Position numbers and translations under genes: made by a program
Shown: positions 58,160-64,000 of the stretch, in pieces
How the letters are laid out: every line of letters starts with the position of its first letter
How positions within the stretch are numbered: the stretch's first letter is position 1
Notes under the pieces: model-generated
The model's input: the letters and a program-made list of their open reading frames with translations, nothing else
Told to the model about the DNA's origin: nothing
Database searches by the model: none
Assembly (NCBI GenBank): GCA_963665235.2
Contig: CAXXLX010000002.1
Coordinates: 576,001 to 640,000 of the forward strand
DNA length: 64,000 nt
Direction: 5' to 3'
Source of the DNA: Candidatus Poribacteria bacterium
Lineage (GTDB): Bacteria > Poribacteria > WGA-4E > WGA-3G

Positions 58160-59369
58160 AGAGTTTGTTGATCTGGCTCTGCATGATTGCATACGCACCA
58201 ATACCAAAGGTGAAGAAAAGGGACAACATATAAACAACCGGAAAACTGGAAGTGACGTACATACCATACTTATCCCTTATCTCATTGATACTGCATGCCA
58301 TCTGATACTCTGTATATATAGTGTAGATACCGCAGGTAAGAAAACCAAGCCCGACAGTTCTCCAAAAAGAGAAATTCTCTCTTCCTAACCAACCGTTGAG
58401 TATTGACATCTGTTTCGATGTCCAAAAAATACCGTAGATAAAACACGTAATTAAAGTGAAAAAAACGCGGCTTCTGATACCAAGCCTGCCTTTGGATTCC
58501 GGATAGGGATAACCGTTGGTATGAGTTTCAAGATTCTGTTCAGCGATAATCTCCGGTGAGCGTTGATCGATATTCGGTGTTGGTGTTCCTTCTGAAGGTG
58601 TGTCTGTTGCGTCCGTCTCATGTGCCGTGGTTGCGGTTGCGGTTGTTGGTTCTGGTGAGCGTTGATCGATATTCGGTGTTGGTGTTCCTTCTGAAGGTGT
58701 GTCTGCCGAGGTTGCCTGATGTGCCGTGGTGGTAGTTGCGGTTGTCGGTTCTGGTGAGCGTTGATCGATATTTGGTGTTGGTCTTTCTTCTGAAGGTGTG
58801 TCTGATGAGACTGTCTGCAGGGACCGTGGTGGCAGTTGCGGCTCTTGATAGCGTCGGTCAATCTGCTTGATATTCGTTGAAATATCCGCTATGACATAGG
58901 AAAATTGTAGGATCCCTGCCCCCAGTAAATGAAAGAGAAAAGACAAAGCAAGCAAAACGAGTACGATCCATCCAAGCGTCAGGGCACCGAAAATTGAGCA
59001 GACCAAGAATAGAATCGCGCCTCCACTAAATCCGATAAAGGCGACTTCGCCTAAAAGGCGCGTGAGATGCGATTCTTCACCAAGTGAGGCGATTTTTTTT
59101 GCTCTGTCCCAAAACAGCATAGCCATGGTTATACCAACGATACCGATGATGGCAAGACCGAAGAATGTTCCAATGATGGTAAACGCCTGTGTGACAATGC
59201 CTGAACGTCTTATAAATGTCAGCACAAGTGTGAGGATCGCAATGCCCAACACGAAGGTAGTAACCAAAGTAAAGACTCCCGAGATTTTGACAGACAATGC
59301 TGCCCATTTTCGGAATTGATGCCCGGACTCCAATGAATCAATCCATTCAACAATGCGACTTAAAAACAT
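58134..59369 (-). CDS. Multi-pass membrane protein with an N-terminal 4-TM domain, a Pro/Thr-rich repeat linker and a C-terminal DUF4234-like domain
   Basis: AGGAG RBS before ATG 59369. LITCFIYGIFW / LTCGIY..Y / MQSQINK pattern. The N-terminus is paralogous to 62122-62670. Confidence 0.75.
   Translation of the reverse strand: MFLSRIVEWIDSLESGHQFRKWAALSVKISGVFTLVTTFVLGIAILTLVLTFIRRSGIVTQAFTIIGTFFGLAIIGIVGITMAMLFWDRAKKIASLGEESHLTRLLGEVAFIGFSGGAILFLVCSIFGALTLGWIVLVLLALSFLFHLLGAGILQFSYVIADISTNIKQIDRRYQEPQLPPRSLQTVSSDTPSEERPTPNIDQRSPEPTTATTTTAHQATSADTPSEGTPTPNIDQRSPEPTTATATTAHETDATDTPSEGTPTPNIDQRSPEIIAEQNLETHTNGYPYPESKGRLGIRSRVFFTLITCFIYGIFWTSKQMSILNGWLGRENFSFWRTVGLGFLTCGIYTIYTEYQMACSINEIRDKYGMYVTSSFPVVYMLSLFFTFGIGAYAIMQSQINKLYDEYSGGE
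58555..58804. repeat. About 2.5 copies of a 99-bp (33-aa) intragenic tandem repeat
   Basis: GGTGAGCGTTGATCGATATT.. recurs at 58555, 58654 and 58753. Encodes DTPSExxPTPNIDQRSPE.... Confidence 0.9.
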
Positions 59370-59689
59370 GATAATGCATCTCCTGTGAATTTTGAAAATT
59401 TGGCGGAAACCTGTCGTCTGTTCAACCCTGATGGACTTGCACAGATTTCGCACTATTTTAGGTGTGAAAGGTTATCGTTATGACTCATCCATAGTGAAGT
59501 GCCAACGTTAATTCAGACCAAAAATTAGCAAAGTTAAGATGAGTATTTTCGTTCAATTCGATAGCTGTCAAATAGTTTCCTAACGCTGAGTAAGGACATT
59601 TTTGGTGATACACTTGTGTGATAAAATGCCTGCCCCTCCAAATGTCATAAGCACTTTCGGTATTGCTTCTGTATGCATCTAATATAGTT

Positions 59690-59706
59690 AGCAAGTTTTA
59701 TGCCAA
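59690..59706 (-). promoter_or_regulatory. Sigma-54 (-24/-12) promoter facing the 59369 membrane-protein gene
   Basis: Minus strand TTGGCAT-AAAAC-TTGCT matches TGGCA(C/T)-N5-TTGC(A/T). Divergent from a GAFTGA activator gene. Confidence 0.75.
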
Positions 59707-59745
59707 ACAAATTCGGGCAATTACGAGTGAAAAAACCACGATTCC

Positions 59746-59801
59746 GACATAAGTTATGTCCAAACCTACATCCGTTATGTCCAAACCTACATCCGTTATG
59801 T
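59746..59801. promoter_or_regulatory. Candidate enhancer (UAS): palindrome plus 21-bp tandem repeat
   Basis: GACATAA-G-TTATGTC (59746-59760), and GTTATGTCCAAACCTACATCC x2 plus GTTATGT (59753-59801). Confidence 0.5.
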
Positions 59802-59994
59802 AATGGTGCAGTTTGTGCAGCCATATATTGAACCGCGTCAAAAAATAACAAGTGCTTTTTTACTATCCTTTTTAGGAGTAGATGTTTCTATATCTATAAA
59901 GGCGGGGTGAGAGATTCTATTTCATGTAAACTTTTTTCAGGTCATTCGTTTAATTCGTTAACTAGTGCTATAGTCAACAAACAGAGGAGGAAAA

Positions 59995-62055
59995 ATGCAA
60001 AAAGAGGTATTGATAATTGATGATGCTCAAAGTTCATCTGAATTGGAACGTTTCTTAATAAATAGGGATTTTTCTGTTAGCGTCGTTAATGCCGTTGGCA
60101 ACGGCTTGCGAAATATTAATGAACCTGAGAATCTGAAAGTTGTCTTGCTCAATGTGGAATCATCAGCGACAAATGGTTGGGAGGTGCTGGCGCGAATTAA
60201 GCGCGAACATATAGGGGTAATTGTAATTGTGATTGGGGCTGGTGTACAAACAGTGAGAAGGGCAACGGCTCTGGGGGCATGGGATGTTCTGCCGACAGAC
60301 GCTGGGACGGAACGTATCCTTGAAGTGCTTGATGAGGTGTTCGTCCGACTATCTATCCGAAGCGAAGTATCCCCGATGCCTGAGGTAGAAATATCTGAGG
60401 ACCAGTATGTTCTCGTTGGCGATAGTGAACCCATGTTTGAACTAAACAGAGAAATTGGACTTGTAGCGAGGAATAGAGTTTCAGTACTGCTTGAAGGTGA
60501 AACAGGCACCGGGAAGGGATTGATTGCGCGCTTGATTCACAAAGAAAGTGAACGTGCCGAGGCGCGGTTTATCACAGTTGATTGTGGCGCGGTCGCTAAT
60601 GAGCTTCGTGAAAGTGAACTGCTCGGTTATGAAAGCGGTGCCTTCACAGGGGCAAGATCTGAAGGTAGGCCTGGGCAATTTGAGTTGGCTGATGGGGGCA
60701 CCCTTCTTCTAGATGAGGTCGGCAATATGACACCGGCACTACAAGAGACACTCCTCAATGTGCTGCAAGAAGGCGAGGTACAACGGGTGGGCGGAACCGA
60801 GACACATAGTGTGGACGTGCGTGTTCTCAGCGCGACCCATCAGAATTTGTGGGAAATGGTTACACAAGGGCAATTCCGAGCGGATTTGTACTATCGTCTC
60901 CGCGGTTCTAAAATTTCCGTGCCGCCGTTGCGAGAACGGATAGAGGATATTCCCTTACTCGTTGAGTATTTTCTACAGCGTATTGAACAAGAAAGTGATA
61001 GGCGAATGCATGGAGCTTCTGAAGAAGTGATAGAATTGTTCCAAAGATATGATTGGCCTGGCAACGTTCGAGAATTGGAACAATGCCTCAGAAGCGCGGC
61101 AGCTGCGTCCCAAGGCGAGGTAATTTTGCCGGACGACCTCCTAGCAGAAAACATCCAGAGATATAGGGACGATGAAGATTCTGGCGGAGACATGTCGGAC
61201 ATACAAACTTCGGAAACGCTTGTCGAACCGACACCTAGGAACTTGTTTGATTTGCCAGTCGCAGTGTTCTGTCAGTTTATCTCCGATGCAGCAGAAGAGG
61301 ATGTCACTGACGACCAAATCACCAGATGGTGGATGAAGTTCTCTAATTACGCGCGGGAGCGTGCCGTTAGAGCCAAACGCAAAATTAATGATTGGAGAGT
61401 CGAATGGAACACACAATCGTTTGATCTTCCTAATCTATTGGAACGTATTAAGGCAGTAATTGACGACGCTGTTTCTCAATTGTCAAATCTTCGACAGAGA
61501 ATGGAGCCTGAACCTATAGAGGAAGCTGATTTGGTCAGTATAGTAGGGAAAACCCTCAAAGGGAGCCTTACAGCGGTTCTGCCTGAGATTGTAAAGGAAC
61601 ATGGTGGGGACAAAGAGAGTGTCGCGAAGGAATTGGATATTTCTCTTGAGAGACTTGAGAGGTGGTTGTCATATCGAGGAAATGAAAATGACACGAACGA
61701 TTCACTTCAGACATCTATAGAGCCTTTGCGCCAGCGCGAACGGTTGACTTATGAGGAAACCAAAAAACTTCTTATCGAACCAACCCTCGTCTTTATTTTG
61801 GAGAATTTCGCACATATTCGATGGCGGGACAAAAATATGAATAGTCAGATGCGGACTGTCCATCTTGATTTGAGAGTGCTATCTAAACGTTTGGTTGGAG
61901 AGCACGGTTACATCTATTTTGGCGGCATGACGTTTTCGCAAATTGAAGAAAGTATTTATCGCCGGGCGCGACACCTATACGCAAACCTTACTGAAGCCGC
62001 TGAGGCACTAAACGTAGATCCGAGAACGATTCGGAGGTTTTGGACTGAAGATTGA
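59995..62055 (+). CDS. Sigma-54-dependent transcriptional activator (NtrC-like) with a pseudo-receiver and an extended C-terminus
   Basis: GETGTGK, ESELLG...GAFTGA, LDEVG, FRADLYYRL, WPGNVREL. The receiver phospho-Asp position reads LLN. Two HTH-like segments at the C-terminus. Confidence 0.9.
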   Translation: MQKEVLIIDDAQSSSELERFLINRDFSVSVVNAVGNGLRNINEPENLKVVLLNVESSATNGWEVLARIKREHIGVIVIVIGAGVQTVRRATALGAWDVLPTDAGTERILEVLDEVFVRLSIRSEVSPMPEVEISEDQYVLVGDSEPMFELNREIGLVARNRVSVLLEGETGTGKGLIARLIHKESERAEARFITVDCGAVANELRESELLGYESGAFTGARSEGRPGQFELADGGTLLLDEVGNMTPALQETLLNVLQEGEVQRVGGTETHSVDVRVLSATHQNLWEMVTQGQFRADLYYRLRGSKISVPPLRERIEDIPLLVEYFLQRIEQESDRRMHGASEEVIELFQRYDWPGNVRELEQCLRSAAAASQGEVILPDDLLAENIQRYRDDEDSGGDMSDIQTSETLVEPTPRNLFDLPVAVFCQFISDAAEEDVTDDQITRWWMKFSNYARERAVRAKRKINDWRVEWNTQSFDLPNLLERIKAVIDDAVSQLSNLRQRMEPEPIEEADLVSIVGKTLKGSLTAVLPEIVKEHGGDKESVAKELDISLERLERWLSYRGNENDTNDSLQTSIEPLRQRERLTYEETKKLLIEPTLVFILENFAHIRWRDKNMNSQMRTVHLDLRVLSKRLVGEHGYIYFGGMTFSQIEESIYRRARHLYANLTEAAEALNVDPRTIRRFWTED

Positions 62056-62121
62056 AATATTCCAGCATCGTTCCATGCTTTTACCTACTCGCTACCAAGA
62101 ATGCCGTGCCAATGCCAATTT

Positions 62122-62670
62122 TTACCCCTCTTCTTCTGATGGGGTTTCGTCCTGTTCCGCCGAGGTGTTTACTGCCGTTGATAATGTCGCTTCAATCTTT
62201 TTGATGTTTGTGGCAATATCCCCGACCATACCGGTGTACTCTGCTATCATATAAAAGAATTTCAATAGACTCAGCCCAATAGGTATGAACAGGATTGACA
62301 AGGGCAAAAGTAGAATTCCAATTAGGCTCCAGAAAAGGAGGGAAAATTCACCTGCCAGTCGTGTTAAAACACCTGCGATGGGACCAAACGTTAGGTGCGA
62401 TTCCTCACTAAGCGCGGCAATTTTATTGGCGCGGTTCCGAAATAGCATAAAAACCAGGACGCTCCAGATAACGATTACTGCATATCCTATCACGCAAAGC
62501 GGTATAAGAAGGGGATTAACAGCAAGCAGGAAAATCGCAAGTCCTAAAAGTGGGCAAATAATTACAGCTCCCACAGCAGAAATTTTGAGGCTGAACACAA
62601 TGGTTTTTCGAAAATAATCACCAGATTCTAACGCTTCGATCCATTCTATGATTGAGTGTAAAAAACGCAT
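62122..62670 (-). CDS. 4-TM membrane protein, paralog of the N-terminal domain of 58134-59369
   Basis: IIEWIEALESG..FRK vs IVEWIDSLESG..FRK; RANKIAALSEESHLT vs RAKKIASLGEESHLT; DIATNIKKI vs DISTNIKQI. Confidence 0.75.
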   Translation of the reverse strand: MRFLHSIIEWIEALESGDYFRKTIVFSLKISAVGAVIICPLLGLAIFLLAVNPLLIPLCVIGYAVIVIWSVLVFMLFRNRANKIAALSEESHLTFGPIAGVLTRLAGEFSLLFWSLIGILLLPLSILFIPIGLSLLKFFYMIAEYTGMVGDIATNIKKIEATLSTAVNTSAEQDETPSEEEG

Positions 62671-62972
62671 AAATACCCCCTGTAAAGCGAAATTGAGTGT
62701 ATTACCTATTAGCAAAATTAGCGCGTTGGCAGTTAGCAATTAGCAAGAAATATAAGAAGATCTTCTCTTTTCTTTTTCCTGCTATAGGTTTCCAATAGCT
62801 AACCGCCAATAACCCTTGTCGGATTTTACGCCTTCAACCCGCTGAATGCCATACGCGCATTCAGCGTTGATTTGGACCTACAAGGACAGCTAGGTGGCAA
62901 CTTGAGTTAACGTAGGTGAAATGTTTAAGTTGAGCACACGTTAGTTTATTTCTGAAATCAGGCGGATTTCTT

Positions 62973-63587
62973 CTAATCTTCGCCGGAGGCATAATAGGGA
63001 TTAGTTCCGGATGCATGGTCTGTTGTATCAATAACCTGCTTAATTTCAGGGAACACTTCTTGAATCATCGCTTCGATGCCGTGTTTTAGGGTAGCGTTTG
63101 CCATGCCGCAGCCTTGGCATCCGCCGCCCATGTGAATATAGATAGCATCGTCTTCGACGTTCAGCAGTTCGATCTGTCCGCCGTGTGCCGCGACTGCGGG
63201 GTTAATTCGTTCATCGATCAGTTCCTGAATTTTCTGTGCTTTCGGATTATCCCATGTCGGTTTATTCGGGTTATCTATCTTAAACCCGCTTGCGTTGAGG
63301 TCTTCGACATAGTCGATAACCGCGCCTTTAAGGTTTGGTGCGCTGGCGGCGTCGATGAGGACGTTAAAAGCGTTACATTCAATGACAATGTCGTCCTCTT
63401 CGGCTTCAGTTGCGAGTCCGAGGCTATATTGAAAATCGGATGCTGTGCGTCCCTCGATGCTGATTCGGAGGCCTTCCACTTCGACATCTTCGTTTTGGAT
63501 AACGGTCTGAATCTTTTCTTGGGCGGCTTCGGTGATTTCCAATATAGCAGTTTCGTTTCCTGTGAGTTTCTTCAAGAAATTCTTCAT
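62973..63587 (-). CDS. nfuA: NfuA-like Fe-S cluster carrier (degenerate IscA/HesB domain plus NifU domain)
   Basis: ITEAA, IDYVEDL..SGFKIDNPN, INP.VAAHGG, MGGGCQGC..A..TLK.GIE, TDHASGTNPYY. Confidence 0.85.
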   Translation of the reverse strand: MKNFLKKLTGNETAILEITEAAQEKIQTVIQNEDVEVEGLRISIEGRTASDFQYSLGLATEAEEDDIVIECNAFNVLIDAASAPNLKGAVIDYVEDLNASGFKIDNPNKPTWDNPKAQKIQELIDERINPAVAAHGGQIELLNVEDDAIYIHMGGGCQGCGMANATLKHGIEAMIQEVFPEIKQVIDTTDHASGTNPYYASGED

Positions 63588-63599
63588 AGGTGGTGCCTC

Positions 63600-64000
63600 T
63601 TATGCGGCAGTTTGGTCTGCGCGAAATTCTCCCATTTCGTTGTATAGGGTGTTCAATTGTGAAATCGCGTATATTTCTAGTTGTCGGATACGTTCTCGGG
63701 TTACGTCAAGGGCATCTCCAATTTCTCGGAGCGTTTTACGTTCGCCATCTTCGAGCCCGAATCGCATTTTCAAAACTTGCTGTTCCCGTTCCGGGAGTTT
63801 GTCCAAAAACTGTTCCACTAAATCACGGGTAACCAATTGGGCAATCGGCCCGTTTTCCTCTGTTGATGCTGGGTCTTCGATTAAATCGCCGAGCGTTGCC
63901 GACCTCTCATCATTTAGCGGTAAATCCATAGAGATGGTTCCAGCGTTAAAAGTAAGGATCTCTTCCACCTGCCGGACCGTTAAATCGAGTGCTTTTGCGA
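63600..64000 (-). CDS. Sigma-70 family (RpoD/SigA-like) sigma factor, 3' part
   Basis: Regions 3.2 and 4: ISMDLPL...LGDLIED, LPEREQQVLKMRFGL....TLREIG..L.VTRERIRQLE. Runs off the window end. Confidence 0.9.
   Translation of the reverse strand, partial: AKALDLTVRQVEEILTFNAGTISMDLPLNDERSATLGDLIEDPASTEENGPIAQLVTRDLVEQFLDKLPEREQQVLKMRFGLEDGERKTLREIGDALDVTRERIRQLEIYAISQLNTLYNEMGEFRADQTAA

Noticed and set aside
62101-62120. Second sigma-54 promoter (TTGGCATTGGCACGGCA)
   Set aside because: Poor -12 element, and it would point antisense into the 3' end of the activator gene.
1-64000. tRNA/rRNA genes, integrases, transposase CDSs, and the many short antisense ORFs in the track
   Set aside because: No cloverleaf or rRNA signature and no transposase or integrase motif was recognised by eye. 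The short ORFs are shadows of longer motif-bearing genes.

Overview
A 64-kb bacterial chromosomal window of about 48% GC by eye, with about 50 CDSs. I saw no rRNA, tRNA or CRISPR array. The gene content suggests Candidatus Poribacteria, a sponge symbiont lineage: several PhyH dioxygenases, Gfo/Idh/MocA oxidoreductases, a sulfatase, WD40/TPR/PD40 proteins, and secreted proteins ending in a 'VxPxGKLxxxWxxI/LK' motif. This placement is inference, not a database result. Housekeeping genes include leuB, ychF, tyrA-cmk-plsC, an nfuA-like gene and the 3' end of a sigma-70 factor. Also present are a porin plus two BCCT transporters, a TolC-MacA-MacB(ATPase) set followed by an archaeal-type beta-RFAP synthase, a frameshifted OLD-like ATPase/TOPRIM gene, and a sigma-54 activator module. 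Intergenic regions carry modular repeats: GTAG/CTAC REP-like hairpins, one MITE with a 9-bp target duplication, and purine-rich microsatellites. The top finding is a leader cassette found twice on the minus strand (about 12846-13306 and 33729-34346). Its order is: consensus sigma-70 promoter, GGATTTRATA plus start codon, short leader ORF, poly-C tract (9 vs 8 C), conserved CGTTAATTATT, small hairpin, then a 43-nt covarying hairpin with a U-rich tail. The tract length decides whether the leader ORF stops before the terminator-like hairpin (copy 1) or reads through it into the downstream secreted-protein gene (copy 2). This is a candidate phase-variable or polyproline-sensing attenuation switch.
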